Shown: piece after piece, positions 44,021 to 52,600 of the stretch
Layout of the letters: each line of letters begins with the position of its first letter
Numbering within the stretch: the stretch's first letter is position 1
Position numbers and translations under genes: made by a program
NCBI GenBank assembly: GCA_963422525.1
Contig: OY730226.1
Location: 2,261,813 to 2,325,812, forward strand
Reading direction: 5' to 3'
From: Dehalococcoidia bacterium
GTDB lineage: Bacteria > Chloroflexota > Dehalococcoidia > Lucifugimonadales > JADFKI01
Length of the DNA stretch: 64,000 nt
Notes under the pieces: generated by a model
What the model saw: only the letters and a program-made list of their open reading frames with translations
What the model was told of the DNA's origin: nothing
The model's database searches: none

Positions 44021-46606
44021 TTACCCTTCGCGCGCTCGTTCCTGAAGCTCATACAGCCTATTGATAGCGTCTAGCGGCGTCATAGCGGAAACATCCAGCG
44101 CAAGCAGCTCATCTATGACAGGCGACGCGAATCCGAGCAACGGCATCTGCTGTGGCGGCGGGCAGTCGCCTCCTTCTCGGCGCGGCGATGATGCCTTGCT
44201 CCTCAAGCCCCTGCCCTCCTCAAGTTCCGCCAAAACCTCCCATGCGCGGTTGATTACGCTGCTAGGCATCCCAGCAATTCGCGCCACATGCACCCCATAG
44301 CTCCGGTCCGCGCCGCCGGGCGCTATGTTCCGCATGAACACCACCTGCCCCTCGTCCTCAGACACCATTACATTATAGTTGAACGCGCGCGGCAGCAAAT
44401 CCGCGAGTCGAGTCAGCTCATGGTAGTGAGTAGCGAAGAGCGTCTTGCACCCCAACCTCGGGTTATTGTGAATATGTTCCGCCACCGCCCGCGCCAGCGC
44501 CAAACCGTCGTATGTGCTAGTCCCGCGCCCAATCTCGTCCAGCACAATCAACGAACTCGGCGTCGCATGGTTCAATATAGCCGCAGTCTCTACCATCTCC
44601 ACCATGAAAGTCGATTGGCCCATCGCCAGGTCGTCCTGCAAACCCACCCGCGTGAATATCCTGTCGCAGACGCCAATCGTCGCCGACTCAGCCGGCACAA
44701 AGCTGCCTATCTGCGCCATCAGCGCTATGACCGCAACCTGTCGAATGTATGTTGACTTGCCCGCCATGTTCGGACCCGTCAGCAGAATAAGCTGTTCGCC
44801 GCCGCATGAAAGCGTCGTGTCGTTAGCAACGAATTCCCCCGGTGGCAGCATCCGCTCCACGACCGGATGGCGACCCTGCCTTATCACCACCGCGTCACCA
44901 TTATTCAGGACAGGACGCACATACCCATAGCGCGACGCCACCTCGGCAAGCGACGCGAATACATCGATGTTGGCGATAGCGACGGCTGTCCTAAGTATCT
45001 GTTCGGCGTAGCCCGCAATCTGCTGACACACCTGGCGGAACAGCGCGACCTCAATTTCGCCAATCCTATCCTGCGCGTTCAGGATGAGCGATTCGTACTC
45101 TTTCATCTCCGGCGTAATGAAACGTTCGCCGCCCACGAGCGTCTGCCGCCGCACATAGTCATCGGGCGCTTGCGCAAGATTAGAGTTGCTAATCTCGATA
45201 TAATACCCAAACACCTTGTTATAGCCCACCTTGAGCGACCTAATCCCTGTCCGTTCGCGCTCCTTCTGTTGTAGCCGCGCGATGTAGTCCTGGGCATTGC
45301 GCGATGCGCCCCGCACCTCATCCAGGTCAGGCGAGAAGCCCTCACGAATTACCTTGCCCTCCCCCACGGTCAGCGGCGGCTCATCAGATATGGCGCGCTT
45401 CACAAGCTCAATCGCCTCTTTATTGTCGGCGATCCGATCCGCAAGCCATTCTACTTTATCCGAATCGTCGTCCTCACTCAGTATCGCCTTAATATTCGGC
45501 GCCGCTTCAAGACTGAACGCAAGGTTCGCCAAGTCCCGCGGCGTGGCGTTGTAGCCGCGAACCCTGTTCACCAACCGCTCCATATCAGATACCGTTTCAA
45601 GCAGCATGACTACGCGCTCGCGCCTCAATGCGCTGCGATGAAACCACTCCACCGCATCCTGCCGCCGCGTCAGCCGTTCCACATCCAACAGTGGTTGTCC
45701 AAGCCAGCGACGCAGCAGCCGTCCTCCCATAGAAGTCTTGGTGAAGTCCAGCGCCGTGAACAACGATGCGTTGACCGCCCCCCACCGTCCTCCCTCATAC
45801 AGCTCCAGATTGCGGCGCGTCTGCGGATCCAGAGCCATGTACTCCGTCGTCGAATGAGTGTACAGCTTCGTAATCTGGTTGACCGCACCGCGCTGCGTCT
45901 CCGCAAGGTAGTCAACAATAGCCCCAGCCGCCCTTATCGCAAGCGTCTGCCCTTCGCATCCGAAGCTCTCCAGCGACGCCACTCCAAAGCGCTTCAGCAA
46001 GCTCTCACGCGCCCAGTCCACATGGAAAGCGTCCGTCGAAAGCGGCGTCAGCATCACGCCGTCGCCAACTTCAATGTCCGGCTGCGCCTCCGGCGTCAGC
46101 AGCTCCGACGGCGCCAGACGCGCCAGCTCAGCCGAAAGATGCGCCACAGGAAACTCGCTAGTCGCAAATTCGCTCGTCGTAATATCGACCCAGGCAAGTC
46201 CCGCAAACTCGCCCTCCACCACCAGCGCGGCAAGATAATTATTAACCTTCTGCTCAAGCAGCGCGTCCTCGGTGACCGTCCCCGGCGTAACCACGCGCAC
46301 AACTTCTCGGTCAACGATGCCCCTAGAAGTGGCGGGATCGCTCGTCTGCTCGCATATAGCGACTCGATAGCCCTTCTTGACGAGACGCGCCAAGCTCACA
46401 TCTAACGAATGATAAGGAATCCCGGCAAGCGGCACGCGCTGCCCCTTGCCGAACTCGCGCGAAGTCAGCGCAATCTCAAGCTCACGCGAAAGCAGCCGCG
46501 CGTCATCGTCGAAAGTCTCGTAAAAATCGCCCATGCGGAACAGCAGAATCTCATTCTGATGCTCACGCTTGACTCCCAGATACTGCCGCCGTACAGGTGT
46601 AGTCAT
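44021..46606 (-). CDS. mutS: DNA mismatch repair protein MutS
   Basis: LLFRMGDFYETFDDDA, Walker A GPNMAGKST, and DEIGRGTSTYDG. 861 aa. Confidence 0.97.
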   Translation of the reverse strand: MTTPVRRQYLGVKREHQNEILLFRMGDFYETFDDDARLLSRELEIALTSREFGKGQRVPLAGIPYHSLDVSLARLVKKGYRVAICEQTSDPATSRGIVDREVVRVVTPGTVTEDALLEQKVNNYLAALVVEGEFAGLAWVDITTSEFATSEFPVAHLSAELARLAPSELLTPEAQPDIEVGDGVMLTPLSTDAFHVDWARESLLKRFGVASLESFGCEGQTLAIRAAGAIVDYLAETQRGAVNQITKLYTHSTTEYMALDPQTRRNLELYEGGRWGAVNASLFTALDFTKTSMGGRLLRRWLGQPLLDVERLTRRQDAVEWFHRSALRRERVVMLLETVSDMERLVNRVRGYNATPRDLANLAFSLEAAPNIKAILSEDDDSDKVEWLADRIADNKEAIELVKRAISDEPPLTVGEGKVIREGFSPDLDEVRGASRNAQDYIARLQQKERERTGIRSLKVGYNKVFGYYIEISNSNLAQAPDDYVRRQTLVGGERFITPEMKEYESLILNAQDRIGEIEVALFRQVCQQIAGYAEQILRTAVAIANIDVFASLAEVASRYGYVRPVLNNGDAVVIRQGRHPVVERMLPPGEFVANDTTLSCGGEQLILLTGPNMAGKSTYIRQVAVIALMAQIGSFVPAESATIGVCDRIFTRVGLQDDLAMGQSTFMVEMVETAAILNHATPSSLIVLDEIGRGTSTYDGLALARAVAEHIHNNPRLGCKTLFATHYHELTRLADLLPRAFNYNVMVSEDEGQVVFMRNIAPGGADRSYGVHVARIAGMPSSVINRAWEVLAELEEGRGLRSKASSPRREGGDCPPPQQMPLLGFASPVIDELLALDVSAMTPLDAINRLYELQERAREG

Positions 46607-47018
46607 CGCCCCTTCTCAGTACGCGACCTCTCAATAAACACGCCTTCATTCTACCGCCCCACAACAAACTTGTTAAAGGAACAATGAGACATTTTTCCGA
46701 CTGACGGCAAAAGAAAACGCGCGGAAGCAAGACTATTCGGCAAAGCATGGTCCGAGTCGGGGCGCAAACGGCTTGCCGCAAACTTATGCTTGGTTAATTC
46801 TCCCGCTCGAAGACAGGAACCCGCCCGCCAAAGAAGAGCTGCGGATAGTAATAGGCGCAGTCAAAATCAACACTGCAACGAACGAAATTACCGCCCTAGT
46901 TGCATGCCCTGCCACCTCTACCTGCGCAACGTTATATCGTCCGATACCCAGTGCCCGGTTCACAAGTAAGCCTCATTGTCAGGCAATAACCCGCTAACGA
47001 ACCAACGGACTCAAAGAC

Positions 47019-48047
47019 TTATGTAACTTCAAGCGTAACATTCCGCAGCGGCTCGGCGTACTGTGTGCGGTCCAACTCAATCGCTTCCTTCTGATATATC
47101 TGCACCCGATACGACTCGTAGTCCGGAATGAACAAGCGGAACTCGCTGTCAATCCTGACTGAGCGCGGACGCCGCAGACGCTTTTCCCGCTCCAAATCCC
47201 CCATCTCCCTCAGCCTGTTTGGAACGGCGTTCGTCAGCATATAAGTCCTAGCCACCCTCGACAGCGTGGCATCTCCCGCGAAACTCCAAATATACTGCCC
47301 CTCCGCATTGAACATCTGCACGCGGTCGTTGCCCCAGTCCGCGACATAGATGTCGCCATGGTCGTCAACCGCAATTCCGGTCGGTCTGTTGAATTGACCA
47401 CTGCCCGCGCCACGCTCGCCAATGACCTGTTTTACTTCGCCATCGGAAGAGAAAATCTGAAAACGGTTATTGCCCCAGTCGGACACATACACATCGCCCA
47501 GCTCGTCAACATGGACGCCCCATGGCAGTTCCATCTGCCCCGGCGCGTCTCCGAACGAGCCAAATCCGCCCAAATATTCGCCGCCCGCCGTGTATCGCTG
47601 CACCCTATGGTTCTTCGAATCTACCACGACAAGGTTGCCGTCGGGGTCGAACGCGATGCCGTTCGGCGCATCGAACTCTCCGTCGCCATCGCCGTAACTG
47701 CCCCATCGCGAAACGAACTCGCCGTTCGGGTCGAAGCGCGAAATCTTGTGCGTCGCCTCGTCGCTGACGAATATCTCGCCATCCGCGTTCGTGATAATCT
47801 GCACCGGCCACACGAACTGCCCTTCGCCGGGACCCGGCCCACCTATACCCTTCAGGGCGTCTGTCAGCGCATCCGAATCCTCAACCGGCCAGATGCGTAT
47901 GCTCGAACCGCCTTCCGACCTCATCAGTATCAGCGCATCGCCTTCCTTCGAAAAAGCGATGTCTGCGGGATAGTTCGTAACCCGCCGCATCCCAAGCGTC
48001 CGCAAATACGGGTAGCCCGCTCGCAGCAGTCCCCAAGGCCTGGTCAT
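47019..48047 (-). CDS. NHL-repeat beta-propeller protein (paralog of 7473..8507)
   Basis: Repeated G.GDGEFD.P.GIA.D..G...V.D..NHRVQ blocks. No signal peptide. Confidence 0.8.
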   Translation of the reverse strand: MTRPWGLLRAGYPYLRTLGMRRVTNYPADIAFSKEGDALILMRSEGGSSIRIWPVEDSDALTDALKGIGGPGPGEGQFVWPVQIITNADGEIFVSDEATHKISRFDPNGEFVSRWGSYGDGDGEFDAPNGIAFDPDGNLVVVDSKNHRVQRYTAGGEYLGGFGSFGDAPGQMELPWGVHVDELGDVYVSDWGNNRFQIFSSDGEVKQVIGERGAGSGQFNRPTGIAVDDHGDIYVADWGNDRVQMFNAEGQYIWSFAGDATLSRVARTYMLTNAVPNRLREMGDLEREKRLRRPRSVRIDSEFRLFIPDYESYRVQIYQKEAIELDRTQYAEPLRNVTLEVT

Positions 48048-48152
48048 AATTTCGTCTCCTCTCCCGCTAAAGCCCTTTCCATCGAAGAGGGAAGGGCAGA
48101 GCCTACCTCGAGCCTAGCCGAAGGAGTGAGTTACACTCCGCAACCGCGCGCC

Positions 48153-49289
48153 CTAACTCGCAAACGGGTGTATCTGCTCATACTCACCCTTGACTATCGG
48201 CTTCGCGTCAACATTCAGCGTCTGCTCCAGCAGCGTAGAATAGATGCCCCTGAAATCGATCGTATGCTTCAGATCTTCTCCGTGCTCCCAGTCCATCGGA
48301 GCCAGCGAAGGATACTCGCTATACAGTCCGCCCTTCACATTTTTGCCGAAAATGTATGCGCCGCCGCCCGAGCCATGATCAGTGCCGCTGCCGTTATCGC
48401 GCATCCGCCGCCCGAACTCGGTGAACACGAACACGGTTACATCGTCTGCGGCGTCGTGCTCCTCGAGGTCGTCGAGAAAGTCCGATATTGCGCCGGACAG
48501 ATCGTTCATCAGCTTGGGGTGGGAGGGCATCTCGTTCGCATGCGTGTCGTAGCCGCCGTGCGCCGTGTAGAAGATGCGCGTCCCTAGGTCAGCGAGATGA
48601 ACGCGCGCGACATCCCGCAAGTTCTTCGCTATCTGGTTGTCAGCGTACTCCACATCAGAGTGGTAAGCGCCCGCGACATCGGCGAGCATATCCGCGCCCT
48701 TGAGCACATCCAGCCCTGTCTGCCCTATGTACTCGGCGACTGCGCCGCTGCCGATAGCCTGACCGTACAGCCCTTTGAACGCCTCCAGAGCCTTGTCGCG
48801 CAGATTTTCTTGCTCAATGCGCGTCATCACGCCATAACCTTCCAGGTCGCCTATCGAAGTAACCGGCACGCCGCTGACCGCCATTGCGCGTGGCAGCCCC
48901 ATGCCGATGTTGACCCCCGTAAGCACATTCTCAGACCGAGGATCGAGCTCACGCACCGCCTGCCCTAGCCAACCTTCACTGCCCACTCGGTCAGGCTCCG
49001 CCGTATGCCAAATATCCATGCCGCGGAAGTGCGAGCGATTGGAATTCGGATAACCAATGCCCTGGATGATAGCCATCTTGCCCTCATCGTAGAGGCGTTT
49101 GAACGGTGAGGCATTGGGGTTGATCGCCAACTCGTCGTTGATTGGCAGCGCCTCATCCTGTTTCATCACAACCGTCTTGCGCGCGTCGTAGTAATGCGGG
49201 TTGTTATATGGCACAATCGTGTTCATGAAGTCGTTTCCGCCCGTCAGCTGTACCACGACCAGTGTCTTTTCCTTGCTCTTGGCGCTCAT
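48153..49289 (-). CDS. DUF1501 domain protein (paralog of 8592..9731)
   Basis: LVVVQLTGGNDFMNTIVPY, NRSHFRGMDIWHT and FTEFGRR...GTDHG. Start trimmed to ATG 49289, with GGGGGA upstream. Confidence 0.8.
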   Translation of the reverse strand: MSAKSKEKTLVVVQLTGGNDFMNTIVPYNNPHYYDARKTVVMKQDEALPINDELAINPNASPFKRLYDEGKMAIIQGIGYPNSNRSHFRGMDIWHTAEPDRVGSEGWLGQAVRELDPRSENVLTGVNIGMGLPRAMAVSGVPVTSIGDLEGYGVMTRIEQENLRDKALEAFKGLYGQAIGSGAVAEYIGQTGLDVLKGADMLADVAGAYHSDVEYADNQIAKNLRDVARVHLADLGTRIFYTAHGGYDTHANEMPSHPKLMNDLSGAISDFLDDLEEHDAADDVTVFVFTEFGRRMRDNGSGTDHGSGGGAYIFGKNVKGGLYSEYPSLAPMDWEHGEDLKHTIDFRGIYSTLLEQTLNVDAKPIVKGEYEQIHPFAS

Positions 49290-49365
49290 TCTGTCCCCCA
49301 TCATCTCATTGTGATTATCCGTCATTCCTACTTTCACGGAAATGTGGCTCAATGCAAAATTCTAT

Positions 49366-50766
49366 CTATGCGAACTGATAGTCAACCGTTGAGGCCGTCA
49401 TCTGCAACAGATTATGCACGCCCACCGGATTGTCCCCGTCCTTGATGTCCTGCAGCTCACGCGCATAATCCACCAGCGACGCATAAGTCTGCTCACTCAC
49501 GGCGATGCCGCCCAGAATGTCCAAGCAGCGCTCAACCAGCTCCGTCGGTTCAGCGTCGAGATCGCCCGCGCGCCGCACCATATCCATAATCCCCGGCTTG
49601 CTTATATCCTCAAACTGGCTCTCCACGAAGCCCACGCGCTCGCTGAGCGTGCCCGAGTCTATCCACTCATGACCCGTATGCCAACCTTCGACCGTCGGCG
49701 GGTTCATCAGCCGCTGGCCCATAATCGCCATAGTCCCCTCGGTCAGGGAGCCGTTCAGCGTCGTGACGGCAAGCTGGGACATGCCCGGCGCAGGGCTGCT
49801 GAACTCGCCTGTCTGCTTTAGAACGCCCGCGACCAGTTCTGTCGGGCTTTTCACCTTCTTGAACTGCGTCGCCTGCTTGAAGAAGTCCGAGTTGAACAGC
49901 TCGCTCAACACCGCGCGCATCTGCCCGCCTGTGTCCAAGAACGCGTTGCTGAGCTGCTGAATGGCAGCCTCATCCTTCGGAGCCTCCGTCGCCCATGACG
50001 GCACTTGCACCTCGTCTTCAACAAAGAAGTTGTACAGGTGGCGCGATATGAAGCGCGCCGTCGCCGGCTGCTTCACGATAATATCTATGATGTCTTCGCC
50101 GTCGAAGTTCCCCGTTTCGCCCAGGAATGTCTTCTCTTCGTAGTCGTGGTCGTCCGACAGAAACCTGAACTCGGCAGGGTAATGCCCGTTCGGATAAAGC
50201 GACAACGGCTGCTTGAAAGTCCATCCCGTAAACGCCCGCGAAGCCGCCTTGATATCGTCCTCCGTGTAATTGCCCACCCCCATCGAGAACAGCTCCAGCA
50301 GCTCCCTGCCGTAGTTCTCGTTAATTTCGTCCTTGTGGTTCTCGTTATTGTCCAGCCAAAAAAGCATCGCCGGATCGCGCGAAAGCTCCAGCAGTATCGT
50401 CTTCATGTCCGTCAGACCCACCCTGCGGAACATCGCTATCTCCGAGTACAGCGAAGGACCATGCTCGCTCTTACCCCATGCCACAGGGAACAAATGATGC
50501 AGAAAGAGCGACATCTTCTCTTCAAGCGGACGCTGCGTGTTCACCATGCGATACAGCCACTTGCCCACATGCACCGCCACCGGCTCGCCGCCATAATATC
50601 GCTCAACATAGCTTTCATCTATCTCCGGAAACCGCTCCGGATTGACAAGCCCATCCACAATCTCTTCGTAAGTCTTTTCGCTCGTCAGCGCGTCAAGCTC
50701 CGCAGGCGTCGCTCCGAAACCCGCTCGCCGCATTAGGTGCGCCACGAGCGCCCTATCCGATTTCAT
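49366..50766 (-). CDS. DUF1800 domain protein (paralog of 9762..11168)
   Basis: HLMRRAGFGATPAELD, WLDNNENH and NENYGRELLELFSMGVGNYTE. GGAGGAAGG lies upstream of the ATG. Confidence 0.8.
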   Translation of the reverse strand: MKSDRALVAHLMRRAGFGATPAELDALTSEKTYEEIVDGLVNPERFPEIDESYVERYYGGEPVAVHVGKWLYRMVNTQRPLEEKMSLFLHHLFPVAWGKSEHGPSLYSEIAMFRRVGLTDMKTILLELSRDPAMLFWLDNNENHKDEINENYGRELLELFSMGVGNYTEDDIKAASRAFTGWTFKQPLSLYPNGHYPAEFRFLSDDHDYEEKTFLGETGNFDGEDIIDIIVKQPATARFISRHLYNFFVEDEVQVPSWATEAPKDEAAIQQLSNAFLDTGGQMRAVLSELFNSDFFKQATQFKKVKSPTELVAGVLKQTGEFSSPAPGMSQLAVTTLNGSLTEGTMAIMGQRLMNPPTVEGWHTGHEWIDSGTLSERVGFVESQFEDISKPGIMDMVRRAGDLDAEPTELVERCLDILGGIAVSEQTYASLVDYARELQDIKDGDNPVGVHNLLQMTASTVDYQFA

Positions 50767-50910
50767 CTTGCCTTCCTCCTACGATTAAACGCGCTTACGC
50801 CCATTTTGCAGGCCATTCTACATGATTAGCCCTTATTTTAACCACAAACTTGCTGCTGCAACCAGAGGCATCACGTTAAACCTCTTGTTTCTATTCCCGA
50901 CAAATATACC

Positions 50911-51693
50911 CTAACTCACATCTTGCAAGGCAAGCCATTCGAACGACTCAATCAGAGTTTCTTTCCCCTTCGAAGCAATAGCGTACCTTAACATCCTCAA
51001 CATCGTCCCACGCTCAGAATCAATGTGCATCTCCACTACGAATTCGTCCGCATCTAGGTCATACACAACCGGAGATACATATGCATCCTGTGCCGGCGCT
51101 ATCAAAGCATCGCTTGGGAATGGCTGCGGAGCGTTGCGCATAATCGTCGTATTTCTGCCATTGAATAAGCCGGGGCTTACTATCTCAAATCCGCTTTTCC
51201 TAAATAATTCTACGGTATCTATGTCGGTTCGCTTCTCGCCTTGTGAAGAAACGGGAGGCATAACCACAGGCTCTTTCGGCAGTTCTACTCCAAGCCTGTG
51301 ATTCGTAACGGTGAAGTATTCACCGTCCGAGGATGATTTGCTGAACCAAATATCCCCTGTATCAGTTCGAGTCTCTATAAGAATATCTACAGGCTGTCCG
51401 TCTTTATCCAACCTATATGAGATAGTCTGAAGTGTGGTTTCAGGCTCCCATAACTTATCCGGACTTGATGTATATCTGCTGAGAAGCGGTCCATACCGAG
51501 AGAATCTACGAAACTTCACAAAGTGACTTCTTTCGGGTTGAAGCGAAGTCATGGAATATTGTTCGCCGTCCAAACCCTCTTGATCAACAGATTCCGCGTT
51601 GAACGATGCCCTGCCCACAAAACCTATCAACGCAATAACGACTGACAGCGCTATTGCCAGAATTGCCACTCTTCGAACTGTGACGCGTTGCAT
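50911..51693 (-). CDS. membrane-anchored hypothetical protein
   Basis: 260 aa with a single N-terminal TM helix (VAILAIALSVVIALIGFVG). The gene is AT-richer than its flanks. No recognised domain. Confidence 0.5.
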   Translation of the reverse strand: MQRVTVRRVAILAIALSVVIALIGFVGRASFNAESVDQEGLDGEQYSMTSLQPERSHFVKFRRFSRYGPLLSRYTSSPDKLWEPETTLQTISYRLDKDGQPVDILIETRTDTGDIWFSKSSSDGEYFTVTNHRLGVELPKEPVVMPPVSSQGEKRTDIDTVELFRKSGFEIVSPGLFNGRNTTIMRNAPQPFPSDALIAPAQDAYVSPVVYDLDADEFVVEMHIDSERGTMLRMLRYAIASKGKETLIESFEWLALQDVS

Positions 51694-51749
51694 GCCCGCC
51701 TACATTTCAGGCTATCTACAAAATAAGAGACCCATCCCACACGCCGCAC

Positions 51750-52502
51750 TCAATCCTCTTTCCAGAAGCGTTCCTCATCAACCGCGTACCCCTTGGGAAT
51801 CATACGCGCCTTCACATCCTCAATCATCCCCGGATGCCCGCACGCGTATATGAGCGTGTCCTCCTGCCTTAATCCAAGCCGCTCCACCTGAGCCTCCACT
51901 ACCGCGTTCGCACGCCCCTTTTCGCCCTCCCAGCCATCATTGCGCGCCTCATCGGGACGGCTCACGGTCGGAATAAAGCTTACGAGATTCGGGTATTCCG
52001 CTGTGTAACGCGCAAACTCGTCGTCATAGCCGAACTCGTCCTGATAGCTCGCCCCTTCGAGCACATAGAAGCGGTGCCCGCTTCCATTATTATGCAAGTA
52101 GTCGCGAATGTAGCTCACATAAGGGACAACCCCCGTAACCGTCGCAACCAGCAGGTGATTCTTGAAGTTCGAGTTGAAGGTGAATATACCTTTCGCCCTC
52201 GGGCGTATAGTCAACTTGTCGCCCGTCTTAAGCTTGTACAATAGTGGCGTCAAATGCCCGCCCTCTTCGTATGGCACAAGCTCTATGAATAACTCCAACC
52301 GCTCCTCATGCGGGGCGGACGATATAGAGTATGCGCGTTCAAGGCCATCAATGCCGATAGTGCAGTACTGCCCCGGCTTGAAAGTATAGCCCTCCGGCTT
52401 CTCAATCCACATCAGCCAAAGATCCGGCGTCAGTTCACGCCGCTCAAGAACATGAGTTTCTGCCAGCCTCGGCCTCAATCGAGCGCTTCTTGCAGTCGTC
52501 AA
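51750..52502 (-). CDS. ferredoxin-NADP+ reductase-like FAD/NAD(P)-binding oxidoreductase
   Basis: FAD-binding R-x-Y-S motif (RAYSISS), GHLTPLLYKLKTGDKL, and an NAD-binding VATVTGVVP segment. Start set to TTG 52502, 9 nt after GGAGGA. The track start is TTG 52511. Confidence 0.8.
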   Translation of the reverse strand: MTTARSARLRPRLAETHVLERRELTPDLWLMWIEKPEGYTFKPGQYCTIGIDGLERAYSISSAPHEERLELFIELVPYEEGGHLTPLLYKLKTGDKLTIRPRAKGIFTFNSNFKNHLLVATVTGVVPYVSYIRDYLHNNGSGHRFYVLEGASYQDEFGYDDEFARYTAEYPNLVSFIPTVSRPDEARNDGWEGEKGRANAVVEAQVERLGLRQEDTLIYACGHPGMIEDVKARMIPKGYAVDEERFWKED

Positions 52503-52600
52503 CGGAAACAATCCTCCAATACAATAAACTACCCCTCTCCTAGGGAGAGAGGGCTATGGGCATGTAAAACAAATCTTTATCCGGGCCACGCCTGTCCTCT

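Noticed and set aside
46607-47018. Possible ncRNA or small gene in the 412-nt gap between the NHL gene and mutS
   Set aside because: I could not recognise tRNA, tmRNA, RNase P, SRP or riboswitch consensus elements by eye. The ORFs there (46563..46781, 46773..46997) have no support. This remains unresolved rather than positively excluded.
47358-48587. Long plus-strand ORFs (409 aa here; also 56298..57332, 59398..60429, 7677..8450, 10530..11237, 18807..19607 and others)
   Set aside because: They are Arg/His/Gln/Pro-rich with no motifs, and they lie entirely antisense to well-supported genes (NHL/DUF1501, NuoF, UPF0104 and others). These are the typical shadow ORFs of GC-rich DNA.
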